Under the pieces are notes generated by a model. That model was not told the DNA's origin. It saw only the letters and a list, made by a program, of their open reading frames with translations, and did no database searches. A DNA stretch of 64,000 nucleotides from Eubacteriales bacterium (GTDB taxonomy: Bacteria > Bacillota > Clostridia > Oscillospirales > CAG-272): assembly GCA_045661325.1 (NCBI GenBank), contig JAZRFK010000041.1:15719-79718 (forward strand), written 5' to 3'. A program made the translations under genes and the position numbers. Positions 51,801 through 61,080 of this stretch are shown here, piece by piece. Position 1 is the first letter of the stretch; each line of letters begins with the position of its first letter.

Positions 51801-52353
51801 GGACTACGAGGAAGGCGAGGCCGATGCTGTTTATCAGGATAAAATGACCGTTCAGGTTTCCGGTATCATCAGCGAAAAAACGGTGAAGGAAACGAAAAAC
51901 GGCGCCAAAATGGCCTTCTGCACCTTGGAGGACCGTTATGCATCCTTTGAAATTATCTTGTTCCCCAAGCAATTTGAGGCACTCGGGGCGTTGGTGAACG
52001 AGGGAAGCGTCTTACGTATCAAGGGCCAGCTCTCCGTTCGTGAGGACGATGGGGTTAAGCTTTTGGTCTCAAAGGTTGTTCCCTTGAAAACGAATGCACA
52101 GATCAAGGAGGAAGAGGCCGCCAAAAAAGTCGGTGACAAAAAGCTTTATTTGCGTGTCGATTCCTTGGAAAGTGAGGCCGCGAAGGAGGCCTTGCAAATT
52201 CTTTCGCTTTGTCCGGGAGAAATTCCGGTTTATTTCTATGAAAGAAGAAGCGCTCGCTACGTTCTCTTGAAGGAAAAGAAAATCAAGCCGGACGAGATGC
52301 TTCTTGGCGCACTTCGCGCTCTTTTAAGCGCGGAAAACGTTATTTTGCAGTAA
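48862..52353 (+). CDS. dnaE: DNA polymerase III alpha subunit DnaE
   Basis: The PHP domain starts FVHLHLHSEYSLLDG. The polymerase core has PDFDIDF and KFDFLG. The protein is 1163 aa with a C-terminal OB fold. Confidence 0.96.
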   Translation: MKDFVHLHLHSEYSLLDGACRIAEIPKAAKAAGHKAVAVTDHGALFGAVHFYKACMKEGVKPIIGCEVYVARRSRFDKAGKQDSSGNHLVLLVKNETGYRNLIKMVSLSYTEGFYSRPRIDLELLRENAEGLIALSACVAGQIPRDILAGDMEAAFRDATLLQEIMGKGNFYLELQNHGTEEEKTVRDALVEISEKSGIPLVATNDVHYLKKSDAENQAVLMCVQTGSVLTDGRPLGFESNEFYYKSTQEMESLFGAYQGAVENTGLIADACDFQFSFGNFLLPVYRTEGISQEAFLRALAEKGLSEKASAGALCLERFTLEDYKARMDYELSVIHRMGFDSYFLVVWDFVNYAKKQRIAVGPGRGSGAGSLVAFLIGITDVDSLQYDLLFERFLNPERISMPDFDIDFADNRRDEVIAYVRERYGDAHVAQIITFGTMAARAAIRDVGRALGMPYGEVDAVAKLVPRELGITIKDALKSKELSAKYEESYAVRRLLDISMALEGMPRHASTHAAGVVITPNPVSDYVPLSQNGDITVTEYDMDTVAELGLIKFDFLGIRYLTIIADAEREIREKDPSFSVENIPLDDEDAYRMIGDGDTMGVFQLESGGMRQMLMHLKPSSIEEITAAIALYRPGPMDSIPHYIARKFGKEAVSYDTAALEPVLKVTYGCIVYQEQVMQIFRDLAGYSLARADLVRRAMAKKKAEVLEKERISFMEGCLKSGISESTAGKIFDNMASFAKYAFNKSHATAYAVTTYRTAYLKRHYPAAYFSALLTSVLGSQTKVAEYISEAGKRGIRVLPPDINESRLLFSVSGKDIRFGLLALKNVGRSFVDFLIRERERNGEYQSFESFLSRVAEADLNKRQIESLIKSGAFDSLGVFRSRLLATYEQQLEAVVSHHHGNVSGQLDLFSAMGAEDESLAYSYPELPEFSTRELLLLEKESSGLYFSGHLLDDYALDIASEKQDEIVDILACFDEGREDYEEGEADAVYQDKMTVQVSGIISEKTVKETKNGAKMAFCTLEDRYASFEIILFPKQFEALGALVNEGSVLRIKGQLSVREDDGVKLLVSKVVPLKTNAQIKEEEAAKKVGDKKLYLRVDSLESEAAKEALQILSLCPGEIPVYFYERRSARYVLLKEKKIKPDEMLLGALRALLSAENVILQ

Positions 52354-52386
52354 TGAACGATAGAAAAATGAAAGGTTTAAAACGAA

Positions 52387-53136
52387 ATGGAAAACTTTGA
52401 CTTTGTATCTCTTGCTTTGGATTTATTGATGGTCGTTGCCGTTTTAATTCCCCTTATCATCGGATTAAAAACGGGCTTTATTAAAACGGTTTTTCGCTTT
52501 TGCAAGCTTATTGCGGCTGTCGTTCTGGCCTTTTGCTTCTGCAAGCCCCTCGGCGCCTTTTTCAATGAGCGCTTCGTGCATAGCTTTGTGTATGAGAAGG
52601 TCTCGGAAATCATACATAACTGTCTTGCCGACGTTGGTATGGGTAACGTTACAACTGAGACCCTGTCCGGCAGCGTGCCTGACGGCTTGAAGTCCTTTTT
52701 GAACTTTTTCGGTATGAATACGGACAAGATGGCAAATGATGCCGTTACCTCCGGCGGTGAAGCGGTGGAGAATATGATAACCACCGTATCCGAATCCGTG
52801 TCCGGTGCGGCGTCTATCGTTCTTGCCTTTATTTGTGTTTTCATCGTTGGCTTCATTGCTATTATTATCGTTGGTAAGCTTTTGGATGCCATCGTCAGCC
52901 GCTTGCCCGTTCTTGGAACCTTGAATACCGTGCTTGGCGGTGTTGTCGGTCTGGTTATCGGATTGATTGTGGCTTGGGTTGTCGCGCAGGGCGTTGTTGC
53001 CTTGCTCGGTGCTATCGGCGGCTACGATTATCATAACGCCCACATTTTGATGTTTTTCCATAACGGAAGTCCGTTCCGCTGGGTTTTGCAGCTTATCGTT
53101 CAGAATTTTATCGCCACGGCTCAGCCTGTGGCTTAA
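52387..53136 (+). CDS. CvpA-family membrane protein
   Basis: The N-terminus DLLMVVAVLIPLIIGLKTGFIKTVF fits the CvpA pattern. There are about 4 TM helices and the protein is 249 aa. Confidence 0.6.
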   Translation: MENFDFVSLALDLLMVVAVLIPLIIGLKTGFIKTVFRFCKLIAAVVLAFCFCKPLGAFFNERFVHSFVYEKVSEIIHNCLADVGMGNVTTETLSGSVPDGLKSFLNFFGMNTDKMANDAVTSGGEAVENMITTVSESVSGAASIVLAFICVFIVGFIAIIIVGKLLDAIVSRLPVLGTLNTVLGGVVGLVIGLIVAWVVAQGVVALLGAIGGYDYHNAHILMFFHNGSPFRWVLQLIVQNFIATAQPVA

Positions 53137-53184
53137 CGCATATACTTGCGGCGTTTGGTCGCGTTTAAAAAGGAAAGGGTTTAC

Positions 53185-55488
53185 ATGGAAACGAAATTAC
53201 CTATGTGCTCTCGTTGCCACAAGCGAATATCCGTGGTTTTCGTGCGTAGAGCAGATGATAACAAAACGGTGGAGGAAGGCTTTTGCCTCAAATGCGCCAA
53301 GGAGCTCGGTATTGGTCCTGTCAACGACATTTTGAGTAAGATGGGAATCAGCGAGGAGGACTTGGATGCCATGACCGGCGAGTTTGAGGGCCTTTTCCCT
53401 GCGATGAACGGCGAGGATGACGGTGAGGACGGAGGCGCTCCTGCCATCAATTTTCCTGCGTTTTTGCAGGGAATGATGGGCGGCCCTGCGCGTCCTTCGC
53501 CTGCCAAGGAAGGAAAAAAGGGTAAGAAGGAGTCGGGTGAAAAGCCCAAATATAAGTTTTTGGAGACTTATTGCCGAAACTTAACCCGCCGTGCCGCTCT
53601 TGGCGAGCTTGACAATATCGTGGGAAGAGAGCGTGAGCTTGCCCGCGTAATACAAATTCTTTGCCGTCGCCAAAAGAACAACCCCTGCTTGATAGGTGAG
53701 CCGGGTGTTGGTAAAACGGCGATTGCGGAGGCGCTGGCCCAGAAAATTGTCACGGGTAACGTGCCGTATCGCTTAAAGGAAGCGGAGGTCTGGCTCGTGG
53801 ATTTGACTGCCTTGGTTGCGGGAACGCAGTTTCGAGGGCAGTTTGAATCCCGCGTTCTCGGCCTGGTTAATGACGTAAAGGCCGCAGGAAACATTATTCT
53901 TGTCATTGATGAGGTGCATAACATTGTTGGTGCGGGCGATGCCGAGGGCGGAATGAACGCCGCCAATATCCTGAAGCCTGCGCTGTCGCGTGGCGAAATA
54001 CAGGTTATCGGTGCCACCACCATGGAGGAGTACCGAAAATATATCGAAAAGGATTCCGCCTTGGAACGCCGTTTTCAGCCTGTGGTTGTGGTTGAGCCCT
54101 CGATTGCCGAGAGTATTGATATTTTGCGCGGCATCAAGAAGTATTACGAGGTATATCACGGCGTTAAAATTCCCGATGCGGCCGTTTGTGCTGCGGTGCG
54201 CCTCTCCGAGCGGTATATCACCGATCGCTTTTTGCCCGATAAGGCCATTGACCTTTTAGACGAGGCGGCAGCCCACGTATCCCTCTCCTCGCACGAGCTT
54301 AATGAAAGACGTGCGCTTGCGGCAGAAATGCTTGCTCTTGCCAAGAAAAAAGAGGAGCTTACCGCAGGCTTGGAGAAGGAGGGAATCAGCGAAGAGGGCA
54401 AGGAAGAGCTCTATCGTGCTCTGGCAGATGTCAAATCGAAGGAGATACAGCAGCAAGCGAGCTTGGAAAAATTGGATGCCCTGTGCGAATCCGTGGTTTT
54501 GGAAACGAATGATATTGCCAACGTGATAGAAATTTGGACGGGCATTCCCGCAAGCACGGTACACGCAGATGAATTTCGGCGTTTAGACGGCTTGGAGGAA
54601 AGACTCTTAAAGCGGATAGTGGGACAGGACAAGGCCGTTTCTGCCATCGTTCGCGCCGTCAAGCGTAAAAGAGCAGGCGTTTCGTATACGCATACGCCCG
54701 TTTCCTTTATCTTTGCAGGCCCTACGGGTGTGGGAAAAACCGAGCTTGTCAAGGTTTTGGCCGATGATTTGTTCCAGCAGCCCGAAAGTCTTATTCGCCT
54801 TGATATGTCCGAGTTTATGGAAAAGCATGCCGTTTCCCGAATCATTGGTGCGCCTCCCGGATACGTTGGCTTTGACGATGCGGGGCAGTTGACCGAAAAG
54901 GTGCGGCGCAGACCCTATTCCGTTATTTTGCTTGATGAAATCGAGAAGGCACATCCCGACGTGATGAATATCCTTTTGCAGATTTTGGATGAGGGCATGA
55001 TAACGGATGCACACGGCAAAAAGGTTAATTTTGAAAATACCGTTATTGTTATGACAACGAATGCGGGATCTGAAACCTCTGCCGCCATTTCGGGATTTTC
55101 AACCAAGAAGGAGGAGCTGAACGAGGAAAAGACGATGCGCGCCCTTTCTTCCTTCCTGCGCCCTGAATTTTTGAACCGTGTGGACGGTGTTATCACCTTC
55201 CGTCATTTAGACAAAGAGGATTTTGTTCGTATTGCAGAAATCCAGATTGAAAAATTAAGAACGGCGCTTTCCGAGAGAGGTCTCTCTCTTCGTGTGACGG
55301 AAAACGCATTGCGTCTGATAGCAGAAAACTCGTACTCCGAAAAATACGGTGCCAGAAATATGCGCCGTTATATTCAAACGGAAATCGAGGATAAGCTCGC
55401 GCAAATCATTATTTCACACTATGAAGAAAGGCTCTCGCAGGCTTCCGTCACGGTAAAGGATGGCAAGCTTTGCGTGTCGGCTCTGTAA
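53185..55488 (+). CDS. Clp/Hsp100-family double-AAA+ ATPase (ClpC/ClpA-like) with an N-terminal zinc-ribbon in place of the Clp_N repeats
   Basis: ATG 53185 follows AAGGAAAGGG. CSRCHKR...CLKCAKE forms a 4-Cys motif. D1 has Walker A GEPGVGKTAIAEALA and D2 has GPTGVGKTELVKVLA, with PPGYVGFDDAG also present. Confidence 0.88.
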   Translation: METKLPMCSRCHKRISVVFVRRADDNKTVEEGFCLKCAKELGIGPVNDILSKMGISEEDLDAMTGEFEGLFPAMNGEDDGEDGGAPAINFPAFLQGMMGGPARPSPAKEGKKGKKESGEKPKYKFLETYCRNLTRRAALGELDNIVGRERELARVIQILCRRQKNNPCLIGEPGVGKTAIAEALAQKIVTGNVPYRLKEAEVWLVDLTALVAGTQFRGQFESRVLGLVNDVKAAGNIILVIDEVHNIVGAGDAEGGMNAANILKPALSRGEIQVIGATTMEEYRKYIEKDSALERRFQPVVVVEPSIAESIDILRGIKKYYEVYHGVKIPDAAVCAAVRLSERYITDRFLPDKAIDLLDEAAAHVSLSSHELNERRALAAEMLALAKKKEELTAGLEKEGISEEGKEELYRALADVKSKEIQQQASLEKLDALCESVVLETNDIANVIEIWTGIPASTVHADEFRRLDGLEERLLKRIVGQDKAVSAIVRAVKRKRAGVSYTHTPVSFIFAGPTGVGKTELVKVLADDLFQQPESLIRLDMSEFMEKHAVSRIIGAPPGYVGFDDAGQLTEKVRRRPYSVILLDEIEKAHPDVMNILLQILDEGMITDAHGKKVNFENTVIVMTTNAGSETSAAISGFSTKKEELNEEKTMRALSSFLRPEFLNRVDGVITFRHLDKEDFVRIAEIQIEKLRTALSERGLSLRVTENALRLIAENSYSEKYGARNMRRYIQTEIEDKLAQIIISHYEERLSQASVTVKDGKLCVSAL

Positions 55489-55522
55489 GCGTTTTTTATC
55501 TTTAAGGAAGGGAGGAGAGGCT

Positions 55523-58057
55523 ATGAAGCGATATTCCGAAAAGGACGTGTCGCAAATGGAGGCGCTGCTGCAAAGCTCGGCGCAAGCGGGGCTTAGCCAA
55601 GAAGAAGCAAGCGCGCGTTTAAAGCGCGAGGCGGCCCTTCGGCGGAAGGAAAACTCCCGCTATTCACTCGGCTCTTTTATCAAGAAGCTTTTTCGCCGCC
55701 TTTCTCCCTTGCTGCTTGCGCTTTCTGTTTTGCTTGCCTTTTTAGCAGGAGAAAGAAGCATTGCCTTTGTTTCTCTTTTCCTTTATGCCGTTTTCGTTTT
55801 GTTTTTGCTTGTCCTTTGGTTGTATTGCGGAAGCGTTTCTTCTCAGGTTGAAAAGCAAATGCGATTGCCAGTTTGTGTGATACGGCAGGGTAAAAAGCAG
55901 CTGTTGGCCCAAGAGGAGCTTGTATCGGGCGACCTTCTCGTGTTAGAGGAGGGGAGTGTGTTGCCCTTTTCCGCTTATCTCATTTCAGGGGAAGAAATAA
56001 CCGTTTGGACGGAAAAGAACGGAAGGCACTATGCAGTCAAAAAACGTGGCGGCGTCTTTTTCGAAAGCGAAAATCCGCCCAATATATTGCGGCAGGGCGA
56101 CGTCATCAGGGAAGGACAAGCTTTGGCCTTTGCCATCGCGCCTCATAAGGAAGCCTTTATAAGAAAAACGGACGAGGGAATACCAACCCATCCTTTGTCT
56201 ATCGGAGGTTTGGTTTCGCGCGTTTGCTATCTGATAGCCTTCGTGATGATGGGTGCTTCCTTCTTCATTTTCAAGGATAGCGCCGATATTTTGCGCGTGT
56301 TTTTCTTCGTCACCGCTTTAATAGCGCTCTCTCCGCTTGAATGGCTTGACTTTTTCTCTGAGGCAATTTTTTATATCAAAAACGCCGCTCTTATGCGTAA
56401 GGACGGCGCCTATATCAAGTCCCTTCGGCGCGCCTATCGCTTGGCTCACGCCGATTGTGCCGTTTTGCCCTCTGCCTTTTTCGTTTCCGGGGAGACAACC
56501 TATGTCAACTCCTTCTTGAACGGAACAGGAAGTGCCGTATCTGTGAAAAAGGGGAGCTTGGAGCTTTCGCTCGTTGCCTCTTGCCTTTGCGCTATGGAAA
56601 AGGACAATGGGGCAAGGCAAAAAATGCTTTCCTCCTTTTTTGCTTCTGCCGTGTCAAAGGCGCTTCCTGAGCTGCTTTGTTTCAGTGAGGTGGGAAGCGG
56701 CAAGGAGTACGCCTCCGTGGCATCCTTCCGCCTGGATGCTCAAAGCAAGCCGTTTTCCTTGGTGGGAGGAGATGTCTCCTTCCTTCTTCCGCATATTTTA
56801 TATGCCAAGGAGAATGGAAGAACGCATCTTTTGGATGCCAAAACCAAAGAAAAAATACTTTCTGCGGTTTCCTTGTATAAAACCAATGGATATCGCGTCG
56901 TTGCGTACGCGCAAACCTCCTTTGTGCCAAGAGGGGCGGGGGAGAAAATCGGTTTTGACGCGCTTTGCGATATGAAGCTTTGCGGTTTCTTGGTTTTAGG
57001 TGCTTTGCCTAACCGCGAGATCAACGATTTTCTACAAAAAACAGTAAAGGAAGGGAAAAAGGCCGTTGTTTTTTATAACGGTGTTGACCCTTCGAATCTT
57101 CTGCAATCCTTTTCAAAGAAGTTCACTTTCCACGTGTTGCACGGTAGCGATGCTACCTTTGAAAACAAAATTGCTTCCTTCGCCGCAGACCCTGCCTTGC
57201 ATTTTCTCTTGCTTTGCGGCGCTTCTCCCGTACAAAAGGCGGGAACCGTGCGTGCCTTAGAGGCGGTCGGATATTCTGTCGCGGCTTACGGAGAAAGCTT
57301 TGCGGAGCATCGAATGCTCTGTGCCGCCAAATCGGCGCTTTCAGCCCCCTTTGCCCGTAAGGATTTTGCTTGTGACGTGGTGTATGAAACGGCTGAGGCA
57401 CACTTGGAAAAGCGTATTCGCAGCTTGGGCGAGACACAAAGCGTTGCTAAGGATATGGTGGGCGCCGTCACAAATTTGACAGTTACGCTCTCGGTTTCTC
57501 TTTTGCTTCGCGCGTTTGTGATGCTTTTCGGCGTTCTTTTCTCGCGGTTTTTGCTCTCTGCCGCATTGCTTTTGGCCTTTGGTGTAGCCTTTGATTTATC
57601 CCTTGCCTTTTGCTTGGCGCATATGCGCTTTCCGCAGGGAGTCAACGGAGAAGAACGCAAAAATCTTTCGCACGTCTTTGCTTGGATAACCGCCGCCTTG
57701 CCTGCGGCCTTGACGATTGGCGGAATCGCTGTCTGTGTTTCTCTTTGGCCTGCCGCCTTTCCTTTTTCTTCCTCGCTTTTCGTTGCTCTTTCCTTCATTC
57801 TTCTTTTGAATGTAACGCTTTTGACGTTTGCGAGGGTTAAAGCCTCCGTTTTTACGGTGTTTTTCTCTTTTTATTCCTTCTTCCTCGTTTGTCTTTTGGT
57901 GTTGACAGGCGCGGCGGGAGCGTTGGCCTCGGTGCCGACTCTGTTTTCGTTGCTTTGTTGGGTTTTACTGCCGCTTGCTGTTTTTATCGCGTCGGAAAAG
58001 CTTTTACAAATATTTTTTAAAAATCATATTAACCTGAAGGAGATATATTATGAGTGA
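55523..58057 (+). CDS. P-type ATPase homolog lacking the catalytic motifs (DKTGT, TGES, GDGxND); likely non-catalytic membrane protein
   Basis: ATG 55523 follows GGGAGGAGAGG. The N-terminus GLSQEEASARLKRE resembles Cation_ATPase_N. The architecture is collinear with a P-type pump and has about 8-10 TM helices. The expected CSDKTGTLT position reads AVLPSAFFVSG, and the GDGVNDAPAL position reads YGESFAEHRM. Confidence 0.7.
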   Translation: MKRYSEKDVSQMEALLQSSAQAGLSQEEASARLKREAALRRKENSRYSLGSFIKKLFRRLSPLLLALSVLLAFLAGERSIAFVSLFLYAVFVLFLLVLWLYCGSVSSQVEKQMRLPVCVIRQGKKQLLAQEELVSGDLLVLEEGSVLPFSAYLISGEEITVWTEKNGRHYAVKKRGGVFFESENPPNILRQGDVIREGQALAFAIAPHKEAFIRKTDEGIPTHPLSIGGLVSRVCYLIAFVMMGASFFIFKDSADILRVFFFVTALIALSPLEWLDFFSEAIFYIKNAALMRKDGAYIKSLRRAYRLAHADCAVLPSAFFVSGETTYVNSFLNGTGSAVSVKKGSLELSLVASCLCAMEKDNGARQKMLSSFFASAVSKALPELLCFSEVGSGKEYASVASFRLDAQSKPFSLVGGDVSFLLPHILYAKENGRTHLLDAKTKEKILSAVSLYKTNGYRVVAYAQTSFVPRGAGEKIGFDALCDMKLCGFLVLGALPNREINDFLQKTVKEGKKAVVFYNGVDPSNLLQSFSKKFTFHVLHGSDATFENKIASFAADPALHFLLLCGASPVQKAGTVRALEAVGYSVAAYGESFAEHRMLCAAKSALSAPFARKDFACDVVYETAEAHLEKRIRSLGETQSVAKDMVGAVTNLTVTLSVSLLLRAFVMLFGVLFSRFLLSAALLLAFGVAFDLSLAFCLAHMRFPQGVNGEERKNLSHVFAWITAALPAALTIGGIAVCVSLWPAAFPFSSSLFVALSFILLLNVTLLTFARVKASVFTVFFSFYSFFLVCLLVLTGAAGALASVPTLFSLLCWVLLPLAVFIASEKLLQIFFKNHINLKEIYYE

Positions 58058-58892
58058 ATGTACACATGATTGCAGCACCTGCGCCAGCAAGTGCTCGGAA
58101 GCAAAGGAAGATAAAAGCTCCTTTTTAGCACCTGCCAATCCTGCCAGCAATGTCAAGCACGTTATCGGCGTTGTCAGCGGTAAGGGCGGCGTTGGAAAGT
58201 CTATGGTTTCCTCCATGCTTGCCGTTGCCATGCAGCGCAGAGGCTATCAGGCCGCTATTCTTGACGCCGATATTACGGGCCCCTCTATCCCTCGTTCCTT
58301 TGGTATGAAGGATGTGGAGGTTATGGGAACGGAAATGGGTATGATCCCGCCCAAAACCAAAACAGGCATTGAAATTATGTCCGTTAACCTGCTTATCGAC
58401 GAGGAAGCAAAGCCTGTTGTTTGGCGCGGCCCTGTTATTGCGGGAACGGTCAAGCAGTTTTGGAGTGACGTGGTTTGGAACGATGTAGACTATATGTTCG
58501 TGGATATGCCTCCCGGAACGGGTGACGTGCCGCTGACTGTTTTCCAATCCCTGCCTCTTGACGGTATCATCATCGTTGGCACACCGCAGGAGTTGGTTTC
58601 CATGATAGTGGAAAAGGCTGTTAATATGGCAAAGCTGATGGATATTCGCATTTTCGGCGTTGTTGAAAATATGAGCTATCTCGTTTGCCCCGATTGCGGA
58701 AAGAAAATTTCCATTTACGGTGAAACGGGTATGAATCGCTTGGCAGTCGAACAGGGCTTGCCTGTTTTGGAGCGCCTGCCTATTGACGTGAAGCTTGCCA
58801 ATATGTGCGATACGGGTACCATTGAGCTGATGCAGGACGAGTATATGCAGTATGCGGCAGACGTTTTAGAGGCGCTTGAAAAGAAGGACTAA
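58050..58892 (+). CDS. Mrp/NBP35/ApbC-family Fe-S cluster carrier ATPase
   Basis: An N-terminal Cys-rich segment (CTHDCSTCASKC) is followed by the deviant Walker A VVSGKGGVGKS and CPDCGKK. The protein is 280 aa. Confidence 0.9.
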   Translation: MSECTHDCSTCASKCSEAKEDKSSFLAPANPASNVKHVIGVVSGKGGVGKSMVSSMLAVAMQRRGYQAAILDADITGPSIPRSFGMKDVEVMGTEMGMIPPKTKTGIEIMSVNLLIDEEAKPVVWRGPVIAGTVKQFWSDVVWNDVDYMFVDMPPGTGDVPLTVFQSLPLDGIIIVGTPQELVSMIVEKAVNMAKLMDIRIFGVVENMSYLVCPDCGKKISIYGETGMNRLAVEQGLPVLERLPIDVKLANMCDTGTIELMQDEYMQYAADVLEALEKKD

Positions 58893-58971
58893 CGAAGACT
58901 TTCGTTTCTTTCCTTGCTTCTATACCGTTAAAAAAAGAAAAGGCTATCGTAAGATAGCCTTTTTCGTTTAT

Positions 58972-60144
58972 TTATGCCTTTGTTGGCACGAAGGAAGAGA
59001 AGAATGCGAGAATTTCCTCTTGCGTTGCACAAAACTGTCCTTGCGCGCTTTGGCCCTTGCCGCCGCCTCTGCCCGAAAGGGCTGCATTGATGCGCGGCAA
59101 ATCCGCCTTGAAATTCATCTCATCCGACAAAATGAGGTAAGCAAAGGCGCCGTCCTCCTTCTTGGCACAAAGGCAAACGGTGCCGCCACTTTTTTCCTTG
59201 GCGCGCGCGGCGTATTCGCGTAAAAAGACAGGGTCATTTTGCTCTTCAAAGAGGCAAAGAACACCGCTGGTCTTGGGAAGAGAGGCGGCCTTGGCCTCGG
59301 CAAGCGCACATTTTAAGGCGAGGATCTCAGCGCCTCTTTCCTCATAGCTCTTGTAGAACTTATCAAAGCCGAGGGAAAGCTCATTTTGCTTTAAGGAGAG
59401 CGCCTGGGCAATGTGGGAAACCGCCTCGTAGCGCATATGATAATCCTTCAAAGCGTCGATTCCGCAATGCATATGAATACGAACGCCACCCTTATAGTGA
59501 ATAAAATCCAAAAGCTTGATGATGCCAATTTCACCCGTTCTTTTCACGTGCGGCGCGCAGCAGGCGCAAAGGTCAATATCGGGAATTTCAACCAATCGGA
59601 GATTCTCCTTGATTTCTATCTTGGAGCGGTAGGTGAGGGACTTGGCCTCCTCGGGTGTCGGATAATGGCAAAGCACGGGCAGGTTGTCATAAATAACCTG
59701 ATTGGCGATTTGCTCCACGCGCAAAATGTCCTCTCGCGTCAAGCTTCCCATAACGTCAATGGTAACGTCCTCTCGGCCAAGGTGAAAGCCGAAATTATCG
59801 TAATTGTAAAGCTTCTTAAAAAGCCCGGAAACGATATGCTCGCCTGTATGGTTTTGCATATTGCGGTAGCGCTCGGTGAAATCAATTTTGCCAAAAACGG
59901 TTTCTCCAACCGTAAGGGGCTTGTCCGTATGGTGCGTGATAATACCGTTTTTGATGGAAACGGAGAAGACCTTGGCATCGTTTAAAACGCCAAGGTCGGA
60001 TTTCTGTCCTGCCTCCTCGGGAAAGAAGAGAGTACTGTCTAAAATAACGGCGTAGCCGTCCTTTTCCTGCTCTACCGAAAGAACAACCGTTTCAAAATCG
60101 GTCAGATAGGCGTCCTTCTCGTAAAGCTTTTTTGTTTCTTGCAC
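58972..60144 (-). CDS. AlaX-L-type alanyl-tRNA editing protein (AlaRS editing domain plus DHHA1-like C-terminus)
   Basis: HTGEHIVSG and CCAPHV are the zinc motifs of the tRNA SAD editing domain. The protein is 390 aa. The GTG start lies 11 nt after the cysE stop. Confidence 0.85.
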   Translation of the reverse strand: MQETKKLYEKDAYLTDFETVVLSVEQEKDGYAVILDSTLFFPEEAGQKSDLGVLNDAKVFSVSIKNGIITHHTDKPLTVGETVFGKIDFTERYRNMQNHTGEHIVSGLFKKLYNYDNFGFHLGREDVTIDVMGSLTREDILRVEQIANQVIYDNLPVLCHYPTPEEAKSLTYRSKIEIKENLRLVEIPDIDLCACCAPHVKRTGEIGIIKLLDFIHYKGGVRIHMHCGIDALKDYHMRYEAVSHIAQALSLKQNELSLGFDKFYKSYEERGAEILALKCALAEAKAASLPKTSGVLCLFEEQNDPVFLREYAARAKEKSGGTVCLCAKKEDGAFAYLILSDEMNFKADLPRINAALSGRGGGKGQSAQGQFCATQEEILAFFSSFVPTKA

Positions 60145-60155
60145 GGTGTATCCTC

Positions 60156-61058
60156 TTATTCCTTGTTGATGTTTCCCGATTTCAAGGTCAGCTCTTGTAC
60201 AGCCGCAAAGACCTTGGTGTTCTTGGGAATGGGCTTTGTAATGAAGCAGTTACCGCCTATAACGGAATTTTCACCGATGACGGTTTCGCCGCCGAGAATG
60301 GTGGCTCCTGCGTAGATGGTTACGTTGTCCTCAACCGTGGGGTGACGGCGAACGCCCGCAAGCTGCTGACCGCCTCTGGTCGAAAGCGCGCCGAGCGTAA
60401 CGCCCTGATAAATCTTGACGTTGTTGCCGATAACGCAGGTTTCGCCGATAACCACGCCGGTACCGTGGTCAATAAAGAAATTGTCGCCGATAACGGCGCC
60501 GGAGTTGATGTCAATTCCCGTTATGCTATGTGCGTGCTCGGTCATAATACGAGGGATAAGCGGAACCCCTGCGACGTATAAAACGTGTGCTAAACGGTAC
60601 ACGGAAATGGCGTAAAAGCCGGGATAGCAGAAAATAACCTCCTCCATGCTGATAGCAGCAGGGTCGCCCTTAAAGCCTGCCTCTGCGTCCTTTTGCAGCT
60701 GTACTTGAATGGAGGGAAGAGCGGCGAAAAAGGCATCACAAATCTCCTCTGCGCGCAGTTCACGACCTTCTTTATCTGCCTTGGAAAGCGCGAACGCTCT
60801 CAAAATTTGCTGTTTAAGGCGGTGATAGGTTTGATAGAGAAGCTGATCAACATCATCCTCATCAAGCAGAATGGTTTGCGCCTCCTTTTCAAAGAATCCG
60901 GGGAAAAGGATGCGGTGTAAGGACAAAATGATGTCAACGATTTCCTTTTGGTTGGGCATTTCGTCCGTATTGATGCATAAGGGGGCAGAGGTGCAGTGGC
61001 GATTTTCCAAAATCGCCTTTAATGTGTCTTGTAAAACGGCTTGCGTCTTGCTTTTCAT
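60156..61058 (-). CDS. cysE: Serine O-acetyltransferase CysE (long N-terminal form)
   Basis: It has the hexapeptide region DINSGAVIGDNFFIDHGTGVVIGETCVIGNNVKIYQGVTLGA. ATG 61058 is chosen, and TTG 61070 is an alternative. Confidence 0.9.
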   Translation of the reverse strand: MKSKTQAVLQDTLKAILENRHCTSAPLCINTDEMPNQKEIVDIILSLHRILFPGFFEKEAQTILLDEDDVDQLLYQTYHRLKQQILRAFALSKADKEGRELRAEEICDAFFAALPSIQVQLQKDAEAGFKGDPAAISMEEVIFCYPGFYAISVYRLAHVLYVAGVPLIPRIMTEHAHSITGIDINSGAVIGDNFFIDHGTGVVIGETCVIGNNVKIYQGVTLGALSTRGGQQLAGVRRHPTVEDNVTIYAGATILGGETVIGENSVIGGNCFITKPIPKNTKVFAAVQELTLKSGNINKE

Positions 61059-61080
61059 AATTGAAACCAACCTTTTGTCT

